Assembly: GCF_004010195.1 (NCBI RefSeq)
Contig: NC_057754.1
Coordinates: forward strand, 12,755,332-12,819,331
Origin: Chiloscyllium plagiosum
Lineage: Eukaryota
Direction of reading: 5' to 3'
DNA length: 64,000 bases
Shown: positions 11,469 to 22,104 of the stretch, piece by piece
Position numbering within the stretch: position 1 is the stretch's first letter
How the letters are laid out: every line of letters starts with the position of its first letter
The notes under the pieces: generated by a model
The model's input: only the letters and a program-made list of their open reading frames with translations
What the model was told of the DNA's origin: nothing
Databases searched by the model: none
Made by a program: the position numbers and the translations under genes

Positions 11469-14400
11469 TGTTCTGAAAATGTGGGTTTACTGTACCTTTA
11501 AGAGAGCTAAAATCTAGAAAGTACTATCTGACATAACCAAGTGTTCTCAATAAGATACACCATAAAAGGTGCTCCAGCTACTGGGGTAGGTGGTGTTGCT
11601 GGTTGCCTGGAAGTGATGAACAGATTTGAATTAGGCCAATCAGTTTGAATTATGCCTTGAAAAATACCAAACTCCAATCCAATTTGAATTTAGTATATTG
11701 ACAATCTTAAAGGTCAATGACACAATTCAATGTATTGGTGGTATAAGACGAGGGAGAATTAAACAGTTGAGAGGAGATCTGCCATGTAAAAAGACTCCAT
11801 GAAGAATAGCTCTCTAAAAAGTACCTTTATAGATCAGTAACCCGTGAAGCAGAATCCCCAAGAAGAAAAGAAGACCGAAATACAGAGAAACACGAAAGCT
11901 GCCTGGTTTTGAGATAAGAAGTTTTCGAACATAGGGCAATACAGCACAGAACAGGCCTTTTGGCCCACGATGTTGTGCCGAGAACTAATACTAATGTAAA
12001 ATAAAATAACTTTACCTATGCACCCCTCAATTCACTGCTATCCATGTGCATGTCCACTGCTTAAATGTCCCTAATGACTCTGCTTCCACCACCACCGCTG
12101 GCAATGCATTCCATGCATTTACAACTCTTTGCATAAAGGCTTTTCCTCTGATGTTCTCTCTATACCTTTTTCCTAATATCTTAAATCTATGACACCCTCG
12201 TGCCAGTCAATCCTGCCCTGGAGAAATATCTCTGGCTATTGACTTTATCCATGCCTCTCATTACCTTAGATACATCGATCAGGTCACCTCTCTTCCTCCT
12301 CTCCAGAGAGAAATGCCTGACCTTAGTCAACATATCTCGAGAAGGCAAGCCCTCCAGTACAGGCAGCATCCGAGGTCAAGATTCTTTGCACCCTCTCCAA
12401 AGCTTCTACATCTTTCCTATAATTGGGCGATCAGAACTGGACACAATATTCCAAATGTGGCCTCACCAGGGATTTGTAGAGATGTAGCAAAGCCTCATGG
12501 TTCTTAAACTCGATCCTCCATGTTAATTAATACCATATGCTTTCTTAACAATTCTATCCACTTGGGTGACAACTTTGAGGGACCTATGTACTTGAACGCC
12601 AAGATCCCTCTGTTCCTCCACACCGCCAAGAATCCTGTTTTTAATCCTATATTCAGCATTCGAGATAGACCTTCCAAAATGCCTCACTTCGCATTTATCC
12701 AGGCTGAACTCCATTTGCCATTCCTGAGCCCAGCTCTACATCCTGTCTATGTCACAATACAGACTGCAATAACCCTCCATACTATAAATGACACCTCCAA
12801 CCTTTGTATCATCTGTAAATTTACTAACCCACCCCTCAACCTCCTCATCCAAGTCATTTATAAAAACTACAAAGAGCAGAAGCCCAAGAACAGAGCCCTG
12901 CGGGACCCCAGTCAACACTGACCTCCAGGCAGAATACTTTCCATCTACAACCACTCTCTGCCTTCTGTCAGCGAAACAATTCTGAATCCAGATAGCCAAA
13001 TCTTCCTCTATGCCAGACCTCCTGACTTTATGAATGGGCCTACTATGGGGAACCTTATCAAATGCCTTGCTGAAGTCCATATACACCACATCTACTGTTC
13101 GACCTTCGTCAACCTGTCTCGTCACCTTCTCAAAGAATTCAATAAGATTTGTGAGGCATGACCTACCCCTCACAAAGTCATGTTGACTGGCTTTTAATCA
13201 CGCAATACTTTACCAATTGGTTATAAATCCTATCCTACAGAATTCTTTCCAAATCCTTGCTGACAACAGACGTAAGGCAGACTGGTCTGTAATTGCTTGG
13301 GATTTCCCTATTACCCTTCTTGAAAAGAGGAACAACATTCGCCTCCTTCCAATCCTCAGGTACCACTGTCGTGGAGAGTGAGGAAACAAAGATCTTCCCC
13401 ACAGGCTTAGCAACCTCCTTTCTTGCTTCCTAGAGTAGCCTAGGATAAATCTGGTCGCCTGGTGACTTAACAATTTTAGTGTTTTCCAAGATTTCCAGTA
13501 CATCAACTTCATCAGTCTTAATCTATTCAAGCCAGATCCCGACTCCTCAAAGTTCTCATTCACAACAATGTCCCTTTCCTTAGTGAAAACCGAAGCAAAA
13601 AACTCATTTAGCGCTTCCCGTATCTGCTCAGACTCCACGCACAACTTTCCTACGCTATCCCTGATTGCCCCACCTTCTCCCTGATCATTTTCTGATATTG
13701 GGAAAGTTGAAATCACCCATAACAACAACCCTGCTATATCTGCATTTTTTCCAGAATCTGCCGGCCTATGAGCTCTTCAATCTCTCTCCCGCTATTAGGC
13801 AATCTGTAGAAAACCCGCGTTTCTGGAGCTGTGATGCATTCTCTCATTAACAATTCTACACCACCGCCTCTTTTTCCACTCTCCCTGTTATTTTTAAACG
13901 TTCTAAACCCTAGAACTTCTCGCAACCATTCCTATCCCTGTGTAACACACGTCTCTGTTATGGCCACAACATCATAGCCACAAATACTGATCCATGCGCT
14001 AAGTTCATCACTCTTATTTCTGACACTCCTTGCACTAAAGCAGACACACTTTAAATGATTCCGTTGTTTCATCATGGGAGAAGCATTCCTGATAGATTCA
14101 CTACATCCTGTCACTGCCCCATCTACAAATGGTCTCTTCTCAGATATGTAGATCTGATTCCCACCCCGTTGCCAAACTAGTTTAAACCATCCCGAACCAC
14201 ACGAGCAAATCTCCCACCAGGACATTTGTTCCCCTCCAGTTCAGATGCAACCCGTCCTTCATGTACAGGTCCCACGTTCCCCAGAAGGCATCCCAATGTT
14301 CTAGGTATCTGAAGCTTGTTTTTAAAATTATTTTCGGGAGTTTTATGGGGCTAGTATTATAGAAGAGATTGTAAAAGCTCGGTTGGTGTAAGGAATTGTA

Positions 14401-14569
14401 AATAGTTGCTAGTTAATTATTCTTTGTCATTCTTTAAGAAATAAAATTGTTAAATTTTACTTTAACTAATCCTTGGCCTATCGAATTTTCACAGACTACT
14501 GCATGGGATAAATCTTATCTGTGTTGCTGGTTTTAAATTAAGCAGGAAAGTTTACCCCGTGTTGTAACA
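11469..14569 (+). mobile_element. 3' LTR of the Gypsy element (11469-~11926 plus ~14315-14569), split by a CR1 insertion
   Basis: Starts TGTT immediately after the PPT and ends AACA at 14569 (inverted termini); AATAAA at ~14439 in the distal half. Confidence 0.8.
11927..14314 (-). mobile_element. CR1-clade LINE, decayed, inserted in the LTR
   Basis: Minus ORFs 12736-13173 (GRSCLTNL, DFSKAFDKVPH, GVPQGSVLG, KFTDDTK), 12523-12714, and 13734-14225 (APE N-terminus: SARSVRNK, VAITET). Confidence 0.95.
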
Positions 14570-14623
14570 CTGGTTACAGCATCCTTTGGATGGTGAATGT
14601 GGCAATTGTACAAAAATTGCATA

Positions 14624-14685
14624 AGCCCCAAGCTCGCAACTCCTGGTTTGCAAGACAAGTACTCTAACCACGAATCTACAAATTT
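14624..14685 (-). pseudogene. tRNA-Thr(TGT) pseudogene (anticodon now TGC, T-arm partly deleted)
   Basis: Reverse complement tagattcgtggttagagtacttgtcttgcaaaccaggagttgcgagcttggggct aligns to vertebrate tRNA-Thr TAGCTCAGTGGTTAGAGCACTGGTCTTGTAAACCAGGGGTCGCGAGTTC...CTGGGGCCT (recalled sequence). Confidence 0.72.
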
Positions 14686-14775
14686 ACTATAGCATACACA
14701 CAGAGAGAGAGTGTCTAATGCACTTTGAACTGTAATGCCATAGATGATTGTCTAACCTGTATATTATATAGTAAT

Positions 14776-14900
14776 AATCCTGATGAATGGCTTTTGCCCG
14801 AAATGTCGATTTTCCTGCTGTTCGGATGCTGCCTGACCTGCTGTGCTTTAACAGTACCACTCTAATCTTGACTCAGATCTCCATCATCTACAGTACCCAA
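14776..14900 (+). mobile_element. Short Penelope-associated element, family 1, with degenerate hammerhead motif
   Basis: cctgatgaatggcttttgcccgaaatgtcgattttcctgctgttcggatgctgcctgacctgctgtgc. Confidence 0.7.
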
Positions 14901-14984
14901 TTTCATCTATTATGAAGTAAAACCTAACAAAACTGAGACAGAGCCGAGGGGATCATTTGCAGAAGGCTGGGCAAATGCAATTCT

Positions 14985-15450
14985 GAAGCAGACATATTCT
15001 AATTTGCTCAAAAAGCATACACTCTGCGGACAGTCAATCCATGTTACAGTTTCTAGATTCCTACTTTGGAAATGGAACCTGGCTGACTCAATTTTGGGAT
15101 ACAGACAGACTCTAAACTCACACCATAAATTCACTGTCTGAGCTGAGATGTCACCTTTTCCGAAAAAAATAGCCTTAAGTTATTTCGAGAATGTGACTTA
15201 AAGGAAGTTTTAGGACTCACATATTAATGAACCAAAACCTCAAATCCATTTTAAAAGATGAAAGGCTTCACAGCAATTTAGGTTTGTTCAGTAAATTGTT
15301 TCAGTTGCATGACACTGTTATATTTTGCTATAAATTCTGTGCCTTATGATCCTGCCCCACTGGCTCACTGACGAAGGAGTACTGCTCAGAAAGCTAATGT
15401 TTCTAAATAAAGCTGTTGGACAATAACCTGGTCTTGTGTGATTTTTAACT
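14985..15450 (+). mobile_element. Penelope-like 3' fragment, family 2, hammerhead-like motif at 15368-15396
   Basis: ctgacgaaggagtactgctcagaaagcta...aaataaagctgttggacaataacctgg; homologous to 63160-63640 on the minus strand. Confidence 0.65.
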
Positions 15451-16073
15451 AAATCAGACAATGTCCAGGGTGATATAAACAGAGATGTTCCCTTTTAGTC
15501 TAGTCATTTGAATTCAGTGCTTCCACTGCCATGAACTGCTAACGGATACCATTTACAGTAGTATACTTGAAATACTGATTTCCGAAGCAGAATGATGTCT
15601 TGGGCTCAGTCAGAATCGCTTCCCTGCATGTTACAGTCAGCAATATTAACTGCAATTGCCTGGCGTGTGATTGGTTGAAAACAAGAACAGAGGGGATAGC
15701 AGGAAAAGGCAATGGCAATGGTGGGTTGTGAGCCTTGACCTTTGCCCATGTGGAACTCGGTTCAATGCAGGTGCTAAAGGCTGGTTTTCCCATTTACCAT
15801 GGTATGCAGATAACTTCGGAGTAATCACCTGCAATGACTCTCGTTTGTATGTTGTCGTTTGCACATCTCACCTCTAATCAATGCCCGAAGGGGATCCATG
15901 CATTTTTAACTTGGCACACTTTATCCAGGTGAGTTGTGCAGCCTCGTGTAATGACCATTTTAGGAGCAGAAACAGACTATTCAGCCCATTGAGATTCTTC
16001 CACTATTGAATCAACTCATGTCTGATCTAATAATACCGAACTGGACTTTGCTGTGTTCCTTCATCACCCCTCA

Positions 16074-16201
16074 GGAGAAAGTGATGACTGCCCGTGCTAG
16101 GGATCAAAGTCAAAGATTATGGAGCTGTAACAGCACTGCCAGTCAGAAGGCATCTGAGGAGCAGGAGAACCAATGTTTCGGCCATAAACCCTTCATCAGG
16201 C
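16074..16201 (-). mobile_element. Short Penelope-associated element, family 1
   Basis: Reverse complement reads cctgatgaagggtttatggccgaaacattggttctcctgctcctcagatgcc. Confidence 0.7.
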
Positions 16202-17942
16202 ATCTTAATGGGTCTGCAGTCACATGTCAGCAAGACTGCATAAGGGCGGCAGTTCCCTTCCTTAAATGACATTCGATAGATTTTCCCCGACAATCAACAA
16301 TTCGTCTCCCCCCGCTTCAACACAGCGTCAGTGAGCTGGGTATTGCTGAATGAATACTGTCTGGAGAGTAGGATTAAGTGGTAAGGTTGGAATTGTCCTG
16401 TTTTGTGGCCACAGCAGAGCTGAGCATTTCTTTTCCGTTTCTATTATCAGTTAAAGGTTAGGAGTGCACTGGAACTGCTTAAATGTGGCAAAAGTGGGAA
16501 TACAGCGTGGGAAGACCATCATATTGAATGGATGGGCAGGCTCGAGGGGCCGAGTGGCCCACTCATCTTTCGACATTTCTACCTTCGGGATGTTAATACC
16601 AGGATAAAATCAAACTGTTCAGGTCTGCAACACAGAAAATAGAACTCTGATCAATGAAGTCTGCGCCTGGATCACCCTCTCACACTTCTGCCTAAAAGTT
16701 CTGGGAAAAGCTTTATGTACCCTTACTTTTTGTTCTCGGCTCCCCCGTCTCACACATGACAATACGTTGTCTTTCAGATGAGTTACTCCTTTACAGTCTG
16801 TTCTGTTCTGTATGAGGGCAGAGTTAACCTTCTCCCTCTAAACCTTTCCTATTCCATCCAAATACCTTTGAAATGTCTTGACTGTATCTGCATCTACATC
16901 TTCCTCTGGCAGTGCATTCCATTCACTAACTACCCTCTGTGTGAAATAGTTGCTGCTCAGGTCCCTTTTGAATCATTCCACTCTCGTCTTGAAAATATGC
17001 CCCTTATGATTATATAAACGTCTGTTAGGTCGCCCTTCAATCTCCTAAGATGCAGTTTCTGCCATCCTCGCAAAATCATAGAATTTTCCTGCAGAAAGGA
17101 GGCCACTTGGTCTATCGTGTCTGTGTCATCTGGAGAAAAGCCTCCAGCGGAATCACAGCCTCCGCTGTAATCTCACTCTCCATCATTTGGCCTTGCAAGT
17201 TCCTGCCCACCAGTTGCTTTTCCATGCACCTTGTAAATGAACAGATAGCTTCTGGCCCTTTTCCAGGTACCGAATTTCAGACCACACCACTTTCTGGCTG
17301 AAAAAAGATCCTAACCCGTCAACCATTCATTTTCAATGTAAACTCGCTAGTCACTTGCTTCTTTGTGGAGTTAAAACGGCCTTACTCATCCATTATGTCT
17401 GAGCCCCTTAATCAAATCACACCTCACCCTCATCTGTTCCAGAGAGAATAGCCCCCGCCTATTCAATAATCCATCATACCTGAATGTTTCCAGACTTGAA
17501 ACAGAACAGGCAAGCTCAAGGAATTCAGTCATTTATTGCAATTAGAACTGGGTGTGAAAAGCCCATTTGTCTGGCTACAAGTGAGGCTTTGGGTGTATTT
17601 TTGTTTGCCTTATGTAAGGAAGGATGTAAATTCATTGGAGGCTGTTCAGAGGAGGTATCTTGATTGATCCCTGGGTTGTGTGAAGCGGAAACGTTGGACA
17701 GACTGATCCTGTTTCCATTGGGCTTTAAAAGAGTTGGGAAAAATTTGACTGAGGTGTATAAGATCGGAAAAAATCTTGCAAAGGGGTGATGTAGCAAGGG
17801 CATTGCCTCTTGTCCAGAACTAGGGGCACTGATAATAAACTAAGTCCAGACTTTTAGGAGAGAGCTTAAGATACTTTACTTTTTTTTCTGACAGCAAATG
17901 TCAGTCTCCCTCAGGAGGCAGGAGTGCCGAATATTTTGAAGG

Positions 17943-18145
17943 AGAAAGTGAGGTCTGCAGATGCTGGAGATCAAAGTTGAAACTTTATTGCTGGAACAGC
18001 ACAGCAGGTCAGGCCGCATCCAGGGAACAGGAGATTCGACGTTTCGGGCACAGGCCTGAAGAAGGGCCTGTGCCCGAAACGTCGAATCTCCTGTTCCCTG
18101 GATGCTGCCTGACCTGCTGTGCTGTTCCAGCAATAAAGTTTCAAC
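17943..18145. mobile_element. Family-1 Penelope-associated element in inverted (fold-back) arrangement with ~14-bp TSD
   Basis: Arms 17976-18056 and 18065-18145 are reverse complements with 1 mismatch. Flanks gaatattttgaagg (17929-17942) and gaatatttttaagg (18146-18159). Confidence 0.85.
18056..18083 (+). ncRNA. Minimal hammerhead ribozyme-like core
   Basis: CTGAAGA-A-GGGC-CTGT-GCCC-GAAAC-GTC: CUGANGA and GAAA boxes, stem II, palindromic ACGT, GUC triplet. Confidence 0.65.
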
Positions 18146-18323
18146 GAATATTTTTAAGGCAGTGGGAGATAATTTCATTTTCGACAAATCATTCAGTGGT
18201 TACTGGGCGTAGCTGAGAATGTGGAATGTGAAATACAAACATGATTTTAGTGAATGGCAGAGCAGATCTGAGGGGCCAAATGACTGACTTGTGTTATTCA
18301 TGCATGCATTTTTACAGAACGTT

Positions 18324-18490
18324 GAAAATTACACATCACCAGGTTGTAGGCCGACAGGTTTGTTTGGAATCACTAGTTTTCAAAACGCTGTTTCTTCATC
18401 TGGTAACAACCATCTGAAAGCAGCGCTTTGAAAACAAGTGATTCCAAACAGCCCTGTTGTACTATACCCTGGTGCTATGTGATTTTTAAC
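18324..18490. mobile_element. Older inverted pair of family-2 Penelope ends
   Basis: caccaggttgtaggccgacaggtttgtttggaatcactagttttcaaaacgctg ... cagcgctttgaaaacaagtgattccaaacagccctgttgtactataccctggtg is an imperfect inverted repeat. Confidence 0.7.
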
Positions 18491-20197
18491 TTTGTCCACC
18501 CCAGTTAAACATCGGCAACTCCAACTCCAACTATGCTGACCTATTGTCACTCACCTATTTTCCAGAACTTGGCATAAATGGTACCCCATTTCAATAATTG
18601 ATCCATTGACTTTTTAACAATTGTGATGTTTCCTACCTGTTCTACATTCCAGACAGTACATTTCAGATACCCAGCACCCCATGGGTGAAAAACAACTTTC
18701 CTCAAATTACCTGTAAATCTTCTGCACTTGTCCTTGAATTCCTGCCCGCTTGTTTGCAACACCCTCACAAATCCCCTTTGTACTTTCACCAATTCAATTG
18801 CAACCTTTCTGTATTGTGAACATAACTCTTCTCGTGTTTTGACATAATGAACAATTTGTATAGTTCCAACATAAATTCCTTACTCTAATATTCTATACCT
18901 TCACTCACGAAGGAAAGGATTCCATATGCCTTTTTCACCACCTTTTCCACCTGTTTTGCTAACGTCGAGAATCTGTTGACATGCAGTTCACCATCTGTAA
19001 CTTCCTGTACATCTCTCATGGATTCGCTTGGATTGTTTTCCATCAGTAAATGTGGCATTTTACAGTGTCCACGACAAATACCATTTTTCACTTTTCATCC
19101 CACCTGACTTGACCATTTATGTTTTTCTGCAGTCTTCAGCCATTAATCACAGGGGCAGATTTATGCGATCTTAGTAATACATATACAAATACAAGGGTAC
19201 CTAGCATTGACCTCTGTGCAATTCAAATGGAAAGAGTCTTCCAGTTGCAACATTCGTCAACAATTAGGCTTTTTCCTATCACTGAGCTAGTTTTGTACCT
19301 TGCTTGCTTCGTTTCCATGGATTCCATGGATAGTTCATCAAAAGCCTTTCTAACACCAACATGCACCATGCCAAACGTACTATTGCACATCTTGTTCTAA
19401 CTTGTTTTCAACAATTATGATCTCGTCCACCAGCATGCTCTCCCACTGCCATTCCTTCTTCTGTACAGCTTAAAACAGGCTCCACAATTGTGTCCGTTCT
19501 TATTGCTCTTAGTACGACAAACTAAAAGCGTTCTCTTGAATGTACCACAAAAATCATTTCACATTAAATTGACCCATTCATATTGGGATTGTTAAAATCT
19601 CCTGCAATTACTATCCGATTTTTTTATCACTATTCAGAGATTAGTTACATATTAGCTCCTCTATTTCCCTGTTGTTTGGGGCTCTGAAGAAAAGTTGCAG
19701 CAGAGTGACTGCCCTATTTTTGTTCCTCCACCCAATTCGTACGATTTTGTTTGATGTTCTTTTCAAACCATCATCCGTCAGAACTGCAATTGTTTGTTTG
19801 ACGAAAATGGCCACCCTTATCTACACTGTATTTAAACTCGTCTCTAGTGAGATCAAAGGAATGAAGAACTGAAATTAGGCCGACTCATCTACTGCTGCTA
19901 TGTTGGGCAAAAGTGATCGTGGTAATGATGAGATCCAGCAGTCCAATCCAGCAGCTTTCATGTTCACATTTACTTTCTGCCAATCCAACAAATTAGCAGA
20001 ATTGTTCCGCTTCATTTCACAAACTGTCTTTCTGTTTTTGGCTGTTCTCTGCCATACCTTTTTTTTCTTCCTATTTTCAAACAGTTTTTCAGAACATTAA
20101 AAAAGGTAGCATTTGCAGTCTGGAAACTCATTCCCCCATCGTATGAGGATCTGACAGTCACCCATACTTTTAACTTGAATGTTGTTGGATTTTGAAC

Positions 20198-20505
20198 ATG
20201 GAATGATAGAGCACTATACACTGTGGGGAGAAATTGTACAGGTATTCTATGTGGACCAGTTGGCCTGTTAGAGCACAAGTGTAGTCACACTGGGGAGAAA
20301 CCAAGGAAACATGGGGAGTGTAGGAAGGAATTCAATTATCCATCTGATTTGGAAACTCATTGGCCAAGGAAAGGCCATTTACGTGCTCTGTCTGTGGAAA
20401 GGGGTTGACTCAATCATCCAGACCAGTGAAACACCAACAGGCACACTATAGGGAGAGTACGTTTAACTGCTCTAGTATAGGAATGGATTCACTCAGTTAT
20501 GGAAC
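20198..20505 (+). pseudogene. C2H2 (Kruppel-type) zinc-finger gene remnant
   Basis: HKCSHTGEKPRKHGECRKEFNYPSDLETH, then in another frame KERPFTCSVCGKGLTQSSRPVKHQQAH..ESTFNCS; TGEKP linkers. In-frame stop right after ATG 20198, frameshifts and lost Cys residues. Truncated by a repeat at ~20506. Confidence 0.88.
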
Positions 20506-20655
20506 CTGCTCCCCCAAGTCCCTCCTCCCTACCTTTTATCTTAGCCTGCTGGACAAACTTTCCTCATTCCTGAAGAAGGGCTTATGCCCGAAACGTCGAT
20601 TCTCCTGTTCCATGGATGCTGCCTGACCTGCTGCGCTTTTCCAGCAACACATTTT
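20506..20655 (+). mobile_element. Family-1 Penelope-associated element with intact hammerhead-like core at 20570-20597
   Basis: cattcCTGAAGAagggcttatgcccGAAACGTCgattctcctgttccatggatgctgcctgacctgctgcgc. Confidence 0.75.
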
Positions 20656-21742
20656 AGATCTCATGGAATACAGGGAGAACTAGCCATTTGGGTGCAGAAC
20701 TGGCTCAAAGGTAGAAGACAAAGAGTGGTGGTTGAGGGTTGTTTTTCAGATTAGAGACTGTGACCAGTGGAGTGCCACAAGGATCACTGCTGGGTCCACT
20801 ACTTTTCATCATTAATATAAATTGTTTGGATGTGAGCACAAGAGTTATAGTTAGTAAGTTTGTAGATGACACCAAAATTGGAGGTGTAGTGGACAGCGAA
20901 GAAAGTTACTTCAGAGTACAATGGAAACTTGATCAGATGAGCCAATGGGCTAAAAAGTGGCAGATGGAGTTTAATTTAGATAAATGCGAGGTGCAACATT
21001 TTGGGAAAGCAAATCTTAGCAGGACCTTTCCACGTAATGATAAGGTCCTCTTGAGTGTTGATAAACAAAGAGACTTAGGAGTGCAGGTTCATAGCTCCTT
21101 CAAAGTGGATTCGCAGTTAGATAGGATAGTGAAGAAAGCATTTCGAATGCTTTCCTTTATTGGTCAGAGTTTTGGTTAGGCCACTGTTGGAATATTCCAT
21201 GCAATTCTGGTCTGCTTCCTATCGGAAAGATATTGCGAAACTTGAAAGGTTCAGAAAAGATTCACAAGAATGTTGCCAGGGTTGGAGGATTTGAGCAATA
21301 GGGAGAGGTGAAATAGGCTGGGGCTGTTTTCCTTGGAGCTTCGGAAGCTGAGGGGTGACCTTATAGACATGTATAAACTCATGAGTGGCATGGATAGGAT
21401 AAATAGGCAAATACTTTTCCCTGGGGTGGAGGAGTCCAGACTAGAGGCCATAGGTTTAGGGTGAGAAGGGAAATATATAAAGGAGAGCTAAGGGGCAACG
21501 TTTTTTCACGCAGAAGGTGGTACATGTATGAAATAAGCTACCAGAGGAAATGGTGGAAGTTAGTATAATTGCCACATTTAAAAGGCACCTGGAGAGATAG
21601 ATGAATAGGAAGGGTTTGGAGGGATATGGGACGGGTGCTGGAAGGTGGGACTAGATTGGGTTGGGATATCTGGTCGGCATGGATGAGTTGGACTGAAGGG
21701 TCTGTTTCCATGTGGTACACCTCCATGACTCTATGACTCCAT
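20656..21742 (+). mobile_element. CR1-clade LINE 3' portion (RT C-half and 3' tail)
   Basis: ORF 20739-21179 (SGVPQGSLLGPLLF, KFVDDTK, WQMEFNLDKC, RDLGV); tail ctatgactccatga. Confidence 0.95.
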
Positions 21743-22104
21743 GACACGCCCACTGTAACTTTCCCAGTATTGAGTTGACACTCAAACCAGATCTTACAAA
21801 AAGGAACACTAAATTTCTGTCCATCTATCTCACAATTGACTACACACTCGAGTAACAGATCAGAAGGATTCGCTCATCTCTTACTGTCAGCAACTGGATG
21901 AACCCTGTATTTCTCAAAATTATGATTTATTCACCTTCTTCCCCTGTTTTTTCTGAGTAAACTTTACCCAAAGAGGGTAATTCTTTGCCGAGAATAGGTA
22001 CTATCTCCATACCCAGCCGCTGCCTCGGCTTTGCACTCTCCTGCAGCTCCTCGGCTCTTCTTGGGGTCTTCTTGATGACTTTCTCTACCAACACACCATA
22101 TCTA

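Noticed and set aside
15713..15790. Possible tRNA-Leu relic on the minus strand (tggcaatggtgggttgtgagcc)
   Set aside because: Only ~20 nt of loose similarity; the rest is not alignable by eye.
21830..21892. CAGATCAGAAGG match to tRNA-Trp
   Set aside because: A 12-mer only; the flanking arms do not match.
21960..22100. Minus-strand open stretch (EKVIKKTPRR...) resembling a histone H2B N-terminal tail
   Set aside because: No histone fold follows; the similarity is short and low-complexity.
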